From IMG/VR virus record IMGVR_UViG_3300027744_000008: a stretch of 64,000 nt of DNA; one strand, given 5' to 3'. The position numbers and the translations under genes were made by a program. Position 1 is the stretch's first letter, and every line of letters starts with the position of its first letter. Origin of the DNA: a virus. Lineage: Duplodnaviria; Heunggongvirae; Uroviricota; Caudoviricetes. Below, in pieces: positions 33,714 to 45,900 of this stretch. The notes beneath the pieces are model-generated. The model did not search any database. It saw nothing but the letters and a program-made list of their open reading frames with translations, and was not told the origin of the DNA.

Positions 33714-34544
33714 ATGACTGATCGTTCTAAGTTTGAGCTAATGCTCGACGCTCTAATCAATGAGCAACAAGATAAAGCAAAAGAAATTTTTCACGACATC
33801 GTAGTTGAAAAAAGCCGTGAAATTTACGAAAATCTTTTAGCTGACGACATGGAAGATGATGACATGGAAGAAGCCTTTGGTGATGACGAGTCAGGCGATG
33901 ACAGCGACATTGGCGGCGATCCTAGTGATGACTTCATGAGTGACGTTAGTGACGAAGAAGGTGACGAAGGCGAAGAAGAAGGTGACGAAGGCGAAGGCGA
34001 CATGGAAGATCGTGTTATGGACCTAGAAGACGCCTTAGACGAACTAAAAGCAGAATTTGAACAACTCATGTCTGGCGAAGAAGGTGACGACATGGGCATG
34101 GATGACATGGGCGGTGACGACATGGGCATGGATGACATGGACAGCATGGACATGAAATCAGAAGACGAAAGCTATGCTTTTGAAGCTGACGACGAAGACG
34201 AAGACGGTGACCTAGAAGAAAGACTAATGCGTGAATACGTAGAAAAAGTTTCTGCTCCTACGCATGGTGACAATGGCACTAACACAAAGTCTATCGTAGC
34301 AAAGCCAAATCGCATGGGTGGCACAAGTGCTAACATTGCAAAAGGTTTCTCAACAGAGAAAGGCGGTACACAAGGTGGACTATTAAATCCTTCTACTAAA
34401 GAAGAAAATTTTGGTAACATCAATGTACCAGGTGGAAAAGCTGGAAAGTCAGCTTTTAAGAAATCTGAGCCAGGACATGGCGCAGATAAAAAAGGCAAAG
34501 CAGAGCAAGCCGATAATAGAAAAAGTATTGTAGGTTCAAGATAA
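33714..34544 (+). CDS. Acidic prohead core-like protein
   Basis: Very D/E-rich, with internal DNA repeats (30-bp duplication near 34083-34142); AGGAG SD and TAAATA at 33673-33678 upstream; precedes the protease. Confidence 0.65.
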   Translation: MTDRSKFELMLDALINEQQDKAKEIFHDIVVEKSREIYENLLADDMEDDDMEEAFGDDESGDDSDIGGDPSDDFMSDVSDEEGDEGEEEGDEGEGDMEDRVMDLEDALDELKAEFEQLMSGEEGDDMGMDDMGGDDMGMDDMDSMDMKSEDESYAFEADDEDEDGDLEERLMREYVEKVSAPTHGDNGTNTKSIVAKPNRMGGTSANIAKGFSTEKGGTQGGLLNPSTKEENFGNINVPGGKAGKSAFKKSEPGHGADKKGKAEQADNRKSIVGSR

Positions 34545-34545
34545 G

Positions 34546-35175
34546 ATGAAATATCTTCGTGAGCACTTGAGTTTTGATCAAGCTCAGATTACCCTCTTAG
34601 AAAGCGATGACAAAGAGGGTAAGAGTCTATATATGAGTGGTATTTGCATTCAAGGAGGAATCCGTAATGCAAACCAACGTATATATCCTGTACATGAAAT
34701 TAGCAAGGCTGTCGAAACCCTAAACGATCAGTGTGCCGGTGGATACTCAGTACTCGGCGAAGTAGATCATCCAGACGACCTAAAAATTAACTTGGACCGT
34801 GTTAGCCACATGATAACGCAAATGTGGATGGACGGTCCTAATGGTTATGGAAAGTTGAAAATTCTACCTACACCTATGGGCAACCTTGTTAAAAGCATGG
34901 TTCAAAGTGGCGTGAAGTTAGGAGTATCAAGTCGTGGATCTGGAAACGTCCGTGAGGACGGTTCCGGTGAAGTGTCAGATTTTGAGATTATCACAGTGGA
35001 TGTGGTAGCTCAACCAAGTGCCCCGGGGGCCTACCCTACAGCAATATATGAACATCTCATGAACACTCGAGGTGGTAATAGAGCCGTTCGCATAGCGAAT
35101 GAAGTTCAGGGTGATCCTAAGGCACAGCGTTATCTCAAAGAGAGCTTATTATCTGTAATAAGCAAGCTCCAATAA
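34546..35175 (+). CDS. Prohead protease, gp21-like
   Basis: NANQRIYP, GEVDHP, TPMG, GVSSRGSG and DVVAQPSAPGAY motifs. Confidence 0.93.
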   Translation: MKYLREHLSFDQAQITLLESDDKEGKSLYMSGICIQGGIRNANQRIYPVHEISKAVETLNDQCAGGYSVLGEVDHPDDLKINLDRVSHMITQMWMDGPNGYGKLKILPTPMGNLVKSMVQSGVKLGVSSRGSGNVREDGSGEVSDFEIITVDVVAQPSAPGAYPTAIYEHLMNTRGGNRAVRIANEVQGDPKAQRYLKESLLSVISKLQ

Positions 35176-35188
35176 AGAGGAGAATCAC

Positions 35189-36289
35189 ATGTTGGATGCA
35201 TTAAAAACGTTAATTGAGAATAATGTGATTTCTGAAGAGACTAAAGTGGCTATTGAGTCAGCTTGGGAATCTCGTATTACCGAGAACCGTGAACAAGTTA
35301 CTCAACAACTACGCGAAGAATTTGCTCAACGTTATGAGCACGATAAGGCCACAATGGTAGAAGCTGTTGACAGAATGTTAACAGATTCACTATCAGCTGA
35401 AATCGTAGAATTTGAAGAAGATCGTCGTCAATTAGCAGAAGCTAAGGCAAAGTATGCAGTAAAAATGCATCAAGCTGGCAACGTAATGAAGGAATTCGTT
35501 ACACGTCAACTAGCCTCAGAAGTTCGCGAGTTACATGAAGATCAAATTCAAATGGCTCAGAAGTTTGGTAAACTAGAAGAATTCGTAGTAGAAGCTCTAG
35601 CTCAAGAAATTGCAGAATTTTATAAAGACAAAACCGACCTAGCAGAAACTAAAGTTCGTTTAGTTCGCGAAGGCCGTGAAGCATTAGCACAAATGAAAAC
35701 AAAATTTGTACAACGTGCCGCTAAGATGGTTGAAAATATAGTTGAAACTAATCTATCAAAAGAGATTAATCAACTTAAAGAAGACATCGATGCTGCTCGC
35801 AAGGCAGATTTTGGTCGTAAGTTATTCGAAGCATTTGCTAATGAATATCAAACCAGTTATCTTTCTGAGAAATCAGAAACCAGTAAATTGCTCAAAGTTA
35901 TAAACTTGAAAGATCTAGAAATTGCAGAAGCTCAACACGCTGTGGCCCAAGCAAAACAGATCGCAGAAAGCAAACACTCAGAGGCTCGTGCTCTTAAAGA
36001 AAGTATTGAGCGCCAAAAAATTATGCATGAATTGTTAAATCCTTTATCTAAGGAACAACAAGGCATCATGACAGAATTGTTGGAAAGTGTACACACTGTA
36101 AAACTTGAAAATAGTTTTAACAAATACCTTCCCGCAGTAATTGAAGGCAAAGCACCGCAGAAGAAACAGGCACTAGTAGAGGCTAAAGAAATTACAGGCA
36201 ACAAAATAAGTAACAGCGTAGGTAGTGGCGAGAACGAGTCATCAAATAATATTGTTGATATACGTAGGCTCGCAGGATTAAAAATTTAA
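35189..36289 (+). CDS. Prohead scaffolding protein, gp22-like
   Basis: Coiled-coil, E/K/A-rich protein between the protease and major capsid genes. Confidence 0.8.
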   Translation: MLDALKTLIENNVISEETKVAIESAWESRITENREQVTQQLREEFAQRYEHDKATMVEAVDRMLTDSLSAEIVEFEEDRRQLAEAKAKYAVKMHQAGNVMKEFVTRQLASEVRELHEDQIQMAQKFGKLEEFVVEALAQEIAEFYKDKTDLAETKVRLVREGREALAQMKTKFVQRAAKMVENIVETNLSKEINQLKEDIDAARKADFGRKLFEAFANEYQTSYLSEKSETSKLLKVINLKDLEIAEAQHAVAQAKQIAESKHSEARALKESIERQKIMHELLNPLSKEQQGIMTELLESVHTVKLENSFNKYLPAVIEGKAPQKKQALVEAKEITGNKISNSVGSGENESSNNIVDIRRLAGLKI

Positions 36290-36300
36290 GGAGAATTTAA

Positions 36301-37476
36301 ATGTCAGAACTACTACATGGCCGCTGGACAGAAACTAAGGAAGCCCTATTAGAAGGCTTATCAGGCACAAAAAAATCAGTAATGGGTGTAACACTAGAAA
36401 ATACTCGTAAGTATCTACTAGAAAGTCCATCAGCTGGTGCCACTTCTGCCGGCAACGTCGCAACATTAAACCGCGTGATTCTTCCAGTGATTCGTCGCGT
36501 TATGCCAACCGTTATTGCTAACGAGTTAGTTGGTGTACAACCAATGACTGGCCCAGTGGGTCAAATCCATACTCTACGTGTTCGTTATGCAGATAACGGT
36601 GACGGCGTAGTAGCAGGTGAAGAAGCACTAAGTCCATTCAAAATTGCTGAAGCTTATTCCGGTAATAATACCGCGAGTAATCCTAAAGCAGCTTCTACAG
36701 CAACTCTTGAAGGTGCTGCTGGTAAGCGTATGTCTATTCAAATCTTGAAACAGACAGTCGAAGCTAAGTCACGCAAGCTATCAGCTCGCTGGACATTTGA
36801 AGCTGCTCAAGACGCACAAGCCCAACAAGGCATTGACGTTGAAGCAGAAATCATGGCTGCTCTAGCACAAGAAATTACAGCTGAAATTGACCAAGAGATT
36901 CTAGCTAGCCTATCATCTCTAGCCGGTACAGCTACAGAACTATATGACCAAAGTGCTGTTTCAGGTACAGCTACATTCGTTGGTGACGAACACGCTGCTC
37001 TAGCTGTTCAGATCAATCGTGTAAGCAACTTGATCGCCCAGCGTACACGTCGTGGTGCTGGTAACTGGGCTGTAGTAAGTCCATTTGCTTTAACAATTCT
37101 ACAAAGTGCTACTACTTCTGCTTTTGCTCGCACAACAGAAGGTACATTCGAAGCTCCAACAAACACCAAGTTCGTTGGTACATTGAACAGCGCAATGAAG
37201 ATTTATGTTAACACATACGCAACCGATTCAACTGATATTCTTATTGGTTACAAAGGTTCTAGCGAAAGTGATGCAGCAGCATTCTATTGCCCATACATTC
37301 CATTGATGAGCAGTGGTGTTGTTCTTGACCCAGCAACATTTGAACCAGTCGTATCATTCATGACACGTTATGGTTATGTTGAGTTGTCAAACGTAGCTTC
37401 TTCTCTAGGTAATGCAGCTGACTATCTAGGTAAAGTTGGTCTAAGCACAACTTACACTAGCGTTAAGTTTAGCTAA
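36301..37476 (+). CDS. Major capsid protein, gp23-like
   Basis: VGVQPMTGPVGQI, VEAKSRKLSARWTFEAAQD, FYCPYIPL and FMTRYG motifs; AAGGAG SD. Confidence 0.96.
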   Translation: MSELLHGRWTETKEALLEGLSGTKKSVMGVTLENTRKYLLESPSAGATSAGNVATLNRVILPVIRRVMPTVIANELVGVQPMTGPVGQIHTLRVRYADNGDGVVAGEEALSPFKIAEAYSGNNTASNPKAASTATLEGAAGKRMSIQILKQTVEAKSRKLSARWTFEAAQDAQAQQGIDVEAEIMAALAQEITAEIDQEILASLSSLAGTATELYDQSAVSGTATFVGDEHAALAVQINRVSNLIAQRTRRGAGNWAVVSPFALTILQSATTSAFARTTEGTFEAPTNTKFVGTLNSAMKIYVNTYATDSTDILIGYKGSSESDAAAFYCPYIPLMSSGVVLDPATFEPVVSFMTRYGYVELSNVASSLGNAADYLGKVGLSTTYTSVKFS

Positions 37477-37503
37477 TCAACATACCGAGAGGTTGTTAAT
37501 CAT

Positions 37504-37528
37504 AAAAGGCTCTTCGGAGCCTTTTTTT
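37504..37528 (+). terminator. Rho-independent terminator after the major capsid gene
   Basis: AAAAGGCTC-TTCG-GAGCCTTTT followed by more T; C(UUCG)G tetraloop typical of T4-like phages. Confidence 0.9.
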
Positions 37529-37535
37529 GTTGTGC

Positions 37536-37542
37536 ATAAATA
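37536..37542 (+). promoter_or_regulatory. Putative late promoter ATAAATA
   Basis: Directly after the terminator and before the structured leader of 37631. Confidence 0.65.
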
Positions 37543-37550
37543 CATAGTAC

Positions 37551-37626
37551 GATTCACATGGTGTGAGTTTTATGCGGAAATCCAACCGCGTACAGCCTAG
37601 AACGCTGTTTTTCTATAAGGAGAAAA
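37551..37626 (+). promoter_or_regulatory. Structured 5' leader, four consecutive hairpins
   Basis: GATTCACA/TGTGAGTT, TATGCGG/CCGCGTA, CAGC/GCTG and TTTTCT/AGAAAA; the last overlaps the SD. Confidence 0.6.
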
Positions 37627-37630
37627 TAAA

Positions 37631-38347
37631 ATGGGACGTCCTTTAAGTAAAAAATATTTTGCCAACACAAACTATGCAAAATTTGGCACGGCAAATGTTG
37701 GCGGTGAGAGCGCAGCCAGTGTAGCAGTGTCAGGCGTATTCGGTGGCAAAACACCCGGTACATATACAATCCCAGCAAGTGTGATCAGTGCCCCACAAAT
37801 TACTGGTGGTGTAAAACCAACAATGACTTTAACATACGTAACTTCCACTACTGCTACAGTTGCAGTGGTTACATCAGGTTCTGGTTATACTGGCACAGTG
37901 ACCATCAGTGGTGCCGCACTACAAGCATTAGGTGGTGCTGGTACAGGTACTATTGTACTAACAGCAACAATGACAACTACTCGTCAAAACGGTATTGTGT
38001 GCGAAGCACAAATTGGTGCTGGCGGTAGTGAACTTACTACTGGCGACGTTATTAAACAAGTTAGTAGCCGCCGCTATAAAGTTCAAACTACTGACGGTGT
38101 AGCAGTTTGTAAATTAGTTACAACAGAAGCTAAAGGTGCAAATGAAATGTCAATTAAAGCCACCGACAGCGCAGGTAACACATACTTTGTTGCTAAACTA
38201 ACAGCACGTAAAGCTGTACTAGTTCCTGCGGCCAACGTTCACGGCGGTGTGACAACTATTGGTTCGCAATTTGTTTCAGGTACAACTGCTAAATGGACTT
38301 TTGGTAGTGCCGTAGTTAATACTACAGTGACTATTGAAAATCAATAA
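37631..38347 (+). CDS. Virion structural protein (possible head decoration/neck-associated)
   Basis: MGRPLSKKYF N-terminus, T/G/A/V-rich, capsid-like codon usage, strong SD. Confidence 0.6.
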   Translation: MGRPLSKKYFANTNYAKFGTANVGGESAASVAVSGVFGGKTPGTYTIPASVISAPQITGGVKPTMTLTYVTSTTATVAVVTSGSGYTGTVTISGAALQALGGAGTGTIVLTATMTTTRQNGIVCEAQIGAGGSELTTGDVIKQVSSRRYKVQTTDGVAVCKLVTTEAKGANEMSIKATDSAGNTYFVAKLTARKAVLVPAANVHGGVTTIGSQFVSGTTAKWTFGSAVVNTTVTIENQ

Positions 38348-38362
38348 TCAATAATTAGGAAC

Positions 38363-38378
38363 GGGGACTTCGGTCCCC
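38363..38378 (+). other. GGGGAC-TTCG-GTCCCC hairpin with no U-tract (mRNA stabiliser or pause site)
   Basis: Perfect 6-bp stem with a C(UUCG)G loop in the intergenic gap. Confidence 0.7.
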
Positions 38379-38391
38379 ATTAAGGATAAAC

Positions 38392-39324
38392 ATGGCAAAG
38401 ATAGTAAGAGTTAATACTGGAGGATCAAACAGCTATGCTGGAGATTCAGCTGCCTATAAAATTGTTGTTGATTCAGGTGGTAAAATTGTTTTTAACACAG
38501 GAAATCAACTAGGCGACGTTGTTATAACAGGTAGTTTGACTGTTCTTGGAACAACTACATCTCTTGAAACAACAAATACTCAAATTAGTGACAACATCAT
38601 TGTACTAAACAAAGGTGAAGATGGTGCAGGAGTTACACTGGGTACTAGCGGATTAGAAATTGATAGAGGATCTGTTCCTGCTGCTCGTTGGGTATATGAA
38701 GACAGTGGCGATCTTGCAGCAGTACCTAATGTTTGGCGGGCAAAATATGCTACCACTGAAGCATTTATACCAATTGCTACCAATTATATTTGGACCGACG
38801 AAGGCAACTTGACATTAATTGGTCAAGGCACAGGTGTAATCACTGTTACTGGTACCACAGACTACGAAAGTCAAGTTACTAGTGATGATGTGATACCAAA
38901 TAAGAAATATGTTGATGACTATGTTGCCTACTACGTTGCAACACACCCACCCGATGAAATTATTGATGCTGATACTAGAGTTACAGTTAGTGATTTTGCT
39001 ACATCAGGCAGTCCAAGTCAAGTTGAGTTCGTAGTAAATAATATTGTAAAAAGTACAATTGATGCAAATGGATTTGTAGCTGGCACTGTAAGACTCGAAG
39101 GAAACACAATTAGTGAAGATACTAGTGATACATTGCATATTGATGCATACCTAGCGTTGGACAATAGAGTAACAACTCCGTCAACACCTAGTACTAATGT
39201 AAAATTATATTCTACAGCAACTCCAGGTAATGGAGGAACTGGTGTATACTTTGTTAATACTGAAGGTACCAATGACGAATTAATCAGCAAGACCAAAGCA
39301 CTTTTATTTGCTTTAATATTGTAA
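38392..39324 (+). CDS. Virion structural protein, fibre-associated
   Basis: GSLTVLGTTT...ISDNIIVLNKGE...SGLEIDRG motif shared with fibre proteins; PNKKYVDDYV. Confidence 0.6.
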   Translation: MAKIVRVNTGGSNSYAGDSAAYKIVVDSGGKIVFNTGNQLGDVVITGSLTVLGTTTSLETTNTQISDNIIVLNKGEDGAGVTLGTSGLEIDRGSVPAARWVYEDSGDLAAVPNVWRAKYATTEAFIPIATNYIWTDEGNLTLIGQGTGVITVTGTTDYESQVTSDDVIPNKKYVDDYVAYYVATHPPDEIIDADTRVTVSDFATSGSPSQVEFVVNNIVKSTIDANGFVAGTVRLEGNTISEDTSDTLHIDAYLALDNRVTTPSTPSTNVKLYSTATPGNGGTGVYFVNTEGTNDELISKTKALLFALIL

Positions 39325-39333
39325 GGAAAAATA

Positions 39334-39912
39334 ATGGCTTTAGTAAGCACAATTTTAACAAACTCAGCACTGCCAATCAGCGATGATCTAGCTTCATCTT
39401 CAGCTGTGACTGTGATGCTATTTTGTAACTATAACACGCCAAGCAGCGTTGACAGTGCGTTAGGTAGACAGTGGTTAGAAGTATATGCAGTAAAAGATGG
39501 TGACAGTCCAGGTACTGCAAATAAATTAATGCATCGAGTACCATTGGATGCAGGCGACACTTTTACGTTTAGTACTGAAAGAATTGTTTTAGATGCACAT
39601 GATAGAATACATGCTAATACTCTAGGACAAGGTGTTGCAAGTGTAATCATGGGGGGAGCAGGCAGCTCGTACGTCAATGGCGATCCAATTTACTTTTCTG
39701 ACCCAGATTTTTCTGAAGGTGTAACTGCTACAGGTTATGCACTAGTAACTGGAGGAGCAGTAACTGGAGTTTATATTACAGAAGCTGGATCAGGATACAT
39801 TACTCCTCCGTCGATTGATTTTACACAATCTGGTAATGGTCTAGCAACTGGGACCGCAGTATTATCAAGCACAAGTCAAGTTACTTGTACAACTAGCTAT
39901 GTGTTAATCTAA
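39334..39912 (+). CDS. Virion structural protein
   Basis: Beta-rich, containing a GSSY/GSGY module; lies in the late cluster. Confidence 0.55.
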   Translation: MALVSTILTNSALPISDDLASSSAVTVMLFCNYNTPSSVDSALGRQWLEVYAVKDGDSPGTANKLMHRVPLDAGDTFTFSTERIVLDAHDRIHANTLGQGVASVIMGGAGSSYVNGDPIYFSDPDFSEGVTATGYALVTGGAVTGVYITEAGSGYITPPSIDFTQSGNGLATGTAVLSSTSQVTCTTSYVLI

Positions 39913-39914
39913 TT

Positions 39915-42900
39915 ATGAAATATATCCGTAGACAAAACCTTAATCAACAAAATGCACTTGATAAGAAAGTTCTAATAAAACCTAATGGTGATATTGAATT
40001 TAATCCAACAACTAGTGTAACTGTCAACGGGGAATTTATCACAGTAGGCAACCAAGCTGCCGGCCCCGAAGTTACGAATGTAATGTATGTTACCGTAGAC
40101 GGTGACGATGATAATGATGGATTCGGCGAAGGTCCTCGACAGGCCAAGAGAACTATTAAATCAGCTTGTGAAGTAGCACAAGAGGGTACTACTATTTTTG
40201 TCAGAAGCGGAGAATACTACGAAGACAATCCTGTTAGAATTCCACCTAAAGTAAGTATTATTGGCGACAATCTGCGTAGAACAATTATAAAACCATTAAA
40301 CGGCACAACTAAATGGAACATAACTTTTGTTGAAAGAATTGACGGCGTTGTCACTATTACCACAGATGTTGAACATGATTTAAATTTACGTGACAGAGTA
40401 CGAGTAATTTCTTCTCAGACAAATATTGACGACGAGTGTGCAACAGTTGAATCAATTCCAGATTCAATGTCATTTACCTATATTGACTATGGAAACAATC
40501 TGACCTATGCAGCAGCCACAGGCACAGTAGAAAGAGGTACAGACCTTTTCTTGGTCAATAGTGCAAATTATATTGCACAAGTAGTATTCAAAGCTATACA
40601 GGCACCTGCTTACTGTGTTAATATTGACAATGATGCCGTTGTTGATACTTCACCGTATATTCAAAATTGTTCTAATATCAACGGTCCTTGGATGAACAAC
40701 GGTGATGAATGGTTTCCATTTATTACGGAACAACGAAACATTGACGGAGATATGGTAACTGGTCCTCGACCACTACTAGATGCTGAATTAGACCCTGCAT
40801 ACTTAGATGTTTATAGTATAAATCAACGTGGCGCAGGCGGCGGCATGCTAATAGATGGCGACAGATATAGCTCAGTCTCCCCTATTAAATCCATGGTAGC
40901 AGATGCATTTACACAAGTGGCGCAAGGCGCTGTAGGATTCCATATTACTAATTTTGGTTATATGCAATTAGTTTCTTGTTTCAATGTTTTCTGCCATATT
41001 GCCTACTACACTACTAAAGGTGGATATCTAAGTATATCTAATTCAGTATGTGACTTTGGTAACTTTGGATTTGTTGCCGACGGTTATTATAACATCCCCT
41101 ATGATAGCGGAGTTATTCTATCAGATTATTATTCTTATGTGGCATCAGTGACTATTGATAGTCCTGGTAGTAATTATACTCTAGCACCAATAGTTACATT
41201 TGATCCTCCTACATCACTCGGCGGAGTTCAAGCACAAGGCACTGCCAGTATAGATGTGTCAACTGGGTTATTAATTGCAATCAGCATTGACGATCCTGGA
41301 TCGGGATATGATTTTCAACCCAACATCACGCTAACTGGCGGCGGCGCAAATCCTTCATTAGTCCAGGGTATTGCCACTGCTAACCTGTATAAAAATGAAA
41401 CAATTACTATAAGTAACCTAAGTAACAAACCCCAAGTAGGCAGTATTGTATTTTTAGAAAATGATCCAACTAGTTATTATATTTCTAATACAGATAATAT
41501 TGTCCAAACATTTACCTATAACGAAATAAAATGTCGCAGAGACGTTGCACTTATATTAGACGCAATTTTAACAGACATGACATTTGGATCTACTTATTCA
41601 AGTACAGCAGCAGGCCTGTCCTACCTAAGATCATATGCTGCTAAAGTTACAAGTCTGCAAAAATTACAAACTATCGCAGGATTAAATGAGGCTAGAGACC
41701 TTGCACTTTCTTTAACAGTTAACCCAACAGCACAAACTGCCATAACTGATAATTTTGCCATAGTCACTGACATTATTGATATTGGGTTAGTCGCAGTTCC
41801 AGCTTTAGATATTCCTAGTTCACTAACTAGAGAAGAAGGTTATTCTCAAGCTGCTGCTATCTTAGAAGCCAATAAACTGTTTGTTCAAGATGAAATTACT
41901 GCTTGGATTGCCTACAATTATTCAGTATTAGATTATGACAGCGTAACATGTTCTCGAGATGTAGGGTTAATTGTTGATGCTCTATGTTACGATTTAATGT
42001 TTGGATCTAATTTTAGAACAATAACAGCCGCACGTAGCTACTACAGGGCCGCTGCTTCAGTGGTTACACAACAACAAAAGTCTGCTACTCTAGCAGCGTT
42101 CCGTTATTTAAAAATAATAGTTGCTGCAAAAATTACTGACAACCCAACAGCCAACGCTAGTGTAAAGAGTAATATGGACATTATTATTAATGTCCTTGAA
42201 AACGGGTTAGAAGAAATTGGTGGAATAGTTAGACCTGATCCAACAGGATATAGTAATAATTATAAATTTGCTAGAAACTTAATTGATGAAAATAAAGAGT
42301 TTATTAAAGCAGAAATTAGTGCGTATCTTAATATAAATTGGACTGCGGTATGGACCGGATTGAATGCAGCAGGTCAGGCCAGAGTCCAATTAAACATTGA
42401 ATATATTTTAGATGCACTTTATTACGATATTACCTACGGCGGCAACTTAGAAACTACTATTGCAGGTCGCGCCTACTATTCGTTTGGCGTGTTGCAGATA
42501 AGTGCTCCAGAAAAAACAGCTATTTTAGATGCCTATGATCATATGAAAACTATCATAGGTGATATTGCTCAAAATATTGATATTGTCCAACTACAAGGAG
42601 TTGTAATACAAGTTACAGGTTTACCTGGATCAGCTGGTGCCACTAGCGATGCACAAGACTTAATTCAAAATGTCATTGATATTATTGACACCGGTGCATA
42701 CGTTGACGTACCACCAAGTACTGCTTGGGTTAGTGCAAGTTTATTAGAGGAAGATACAGCATTACAGTATGCAAGAAGTTCTATTCAAGATTCTGTAATC
42801 AAATATATTAATGCTAATAATTTTATCTATGACGAAAATACATGTCGTAGAGATATTGCATATATTATCGACGCTATGATATATGACATGTCATATGACG

Positions 42901-45900
42901 GAAATACACAAACAGCAAATGCAGCCGCAGCATATCTTGAAGGTAGTGTAATTGCTGGACAAGTAGAAGAAACCCTGGCAGCATACAAATATTGGAAAAC
43001 CATAGTTGGAAACATTGTACGAAACATTGAAATTACGGCTACTCCAGGAAATAATACTAGTCAAGATATAAGCATATCAAAAGGCTCTCCGGTACCTGCT
43101 AGTGGTCCTGCTAATTATGCACAAGAACTGTTACAAATTATTATCGATGTAGTTGATCACGGAACTGGCTACTTACCTGATCCTAAAACTCCACCGGACT
43201 ATGCACTCGGTGACAACACATTGGCCGCTATTAGAACTAATATTTTAAACAATGTGTTATCTATACAAGATAGTGTAATTGATTATTTGAATGGTGCTTA
43301 TGGTGGAACAGTTGATGTAACTCTTTTCCCGGCAGTACAAAATGTAGTTGCTGGAACCATTGCAAGGTTACACAACGTATCTACTATAAGCACTGGCGGA
43401 ACAGCATTAGAATATGTGGGCGCAGGTGTAACGTATAATGCACTACCGTTCTTTGGTGGAGAACCAATTCCTGCTAATGAACGCACAGAGATAAACAACG
43501 GTAAATGTTTCACGGTTACAAACGATCAAGTTGGTAATTTCCGAGTTGGGTCAATTTTTAATGTTAATGCGCTAACAGGTGAAGTAACCATAGATGCTGA
43601 AGATATTAGTTTGTCTGGATTGTCAAGTGTTGGTCCATTTAAACGTAATGGTATCTTTGTTGGTGTTGTATTAAGAGAAATTAGTGATAATACAACGCTG
43701 GTTGCCAGCACAGGTTTTCAAGAGGATGATACTGTACCAACACAGTTTGCAGTTTCTACCTATGTAGAAACAAATTACCTTAACAAAGTAACTACTGCTG
43801 CTGAAACTGTGGCCAGCAATTCCATAACATTTGATGGTAGCATTGCAGTCAATGGTGGAACATTAAGTACAACTTATACTAATTTTAGTCTAGTCAATGC
43901 CGCAGCAACCACTGTTAATTTTGCCGGAGCAGCTACCACAGTTAACATTGGCGATGCTACGGGTATTGTTTATATCAACGGCGACCTACAGGTCAAAGGT
44001 GGAGACTTAACCACTGATCAAACAACATTTAATTTATTAGACACAACTGCTACTACTATAAATTTTGGTGGTGATGCTACTGTTATTAGCATTGGTAAAG
44101 ACAGTGGTACCACTACAGTTAACAATAATTTTAAAGTTAATATTAATTCAACACTAGGTGACGACACCACTGTTGAGAACACGCTTAACGGTAAATTAAT
44201 ATCTAATATTCCTGATAATGTTGGATCAGCAGTTGAATTTAAACAAAGTACAAATAGCTACTTAAAATTTGATACTTCTAATAGTCTTGAACTTACAACA
44301 TTTGGATCAACACCATTAGTTACATTTAAAAATGTTACAGATGCCAGCGGATCAACTACTGCGTCCGTTACATTTGACGGCGGTGTTGGCATTGCTAAGA
44401 AATTATATGTGGGCACAGACTTAACTGTTAATGGAAATAGTGCGCTAGGTAATGATAGAGCTGTGGATACACATACAGTAGATGGTACACTATCAATTAA
44501 TGTGCCTGATAATACTGCTGTGGCATTTCAAATTAAAGAAAATACACAAACTTATATAACCGCAGTCACAACTAACGGCAGCGAAAGTATAACAATTGAG
44601 GCAACCCCAACACTACTAGTTAAAAATGTCACTGATAATACACTGGGAACCAATGCCAGTGGTGCATTACAAGTTACTGGCGGTGTGGGAATTGCTAAGA
44701 ATTTAACCGTTGGTGTTGATCTAAGAGTAACGGGCAATACCGTTATGACCGGCGATTTAGATGTACAAGGTGGTGATATTACCACTAACCAAACAACATT
44801 TAATCTAGTTAATACAACAGCAACTACCTTAAATATTGGCGGCGCAAGCACTGCTACTGCTATTGGCAGTACAGCCAGCGGTAATACTACAATTAATTAT
44901 GATGCAACTGTTAAACATGACCTAACAGTAGATGGTGATGTGCAGGTCAAAGGTGGTGATATTACCACTGACCAAACAACATTTAATCTAGTTAATACAA
45001 CAGCAACTACCTTAAATATTGGTGGAGCAAGTACTACTACTGCTATTGGTTCAGCTGTCAGTGGTACTACCACTATTAACTACGATGCGAATGTTAAACA
45101 TGATCTAACAGTAGATGGTGATGTGCAGGTCAAAGGTGGCGACCTAACTACTAATCAGACAACGTTTAACTTATTAAACGCCACCGCCACTACAATTAAT
45201 GCCTTTGGTGCAGCCACTGCAATTACTGTGGGTGCCAGTGGTGCCAATACATTTACACTAAATCACGGTACCTTAGTAGGTAGTCAAACAACACAGAATG
45301 TGTTTAATACCACGGCTACCACAGTCAATGCCTTTGGTGCAGCCACTACTATTGGTATCGGTGCAAATACTGGTACACTAACACTAAACAATGCTATAGT
45401 TACAACACCTGGTCAATTTATTAGCACACGGGCCAGTGATCTAGCAGACGGTGCAGGACAATTATATCTAAATGGTGCTACCGGTAATAGAATTGATTTT
45501 AATAACAACGGTACAGCAGCTCCTGCGTTTACCACAAGAAGTGCTGGAAGTAAAATTGTATTATATCCACTGACTAACAGCACTAACACAGATTATGCAA
45601 TAGGTATTAACAGTGGCACATTTTGGTCAAGCGTTCCTCAATACGATGCCGCACTGACGTTTAAATGGTTTGGTGGAATTACTGAAATAGCCAGCCTTGA
45701 CGGTCTTGGTAATCAAATACTCACAGGCGATCTTGCAGTCAATGGTGGTGACTTAACTACTACTCAAACAACATTTAATTTAATTAATGCCACTGCAACA
45801 ACGTTGAATATAGGTGGTGCTGCTACCACAGTCAATCTTGGTATTAACACAGGAACGGTAAATATTGGTGTACTAGCATTAACCACAGATCTTGAAGTAC

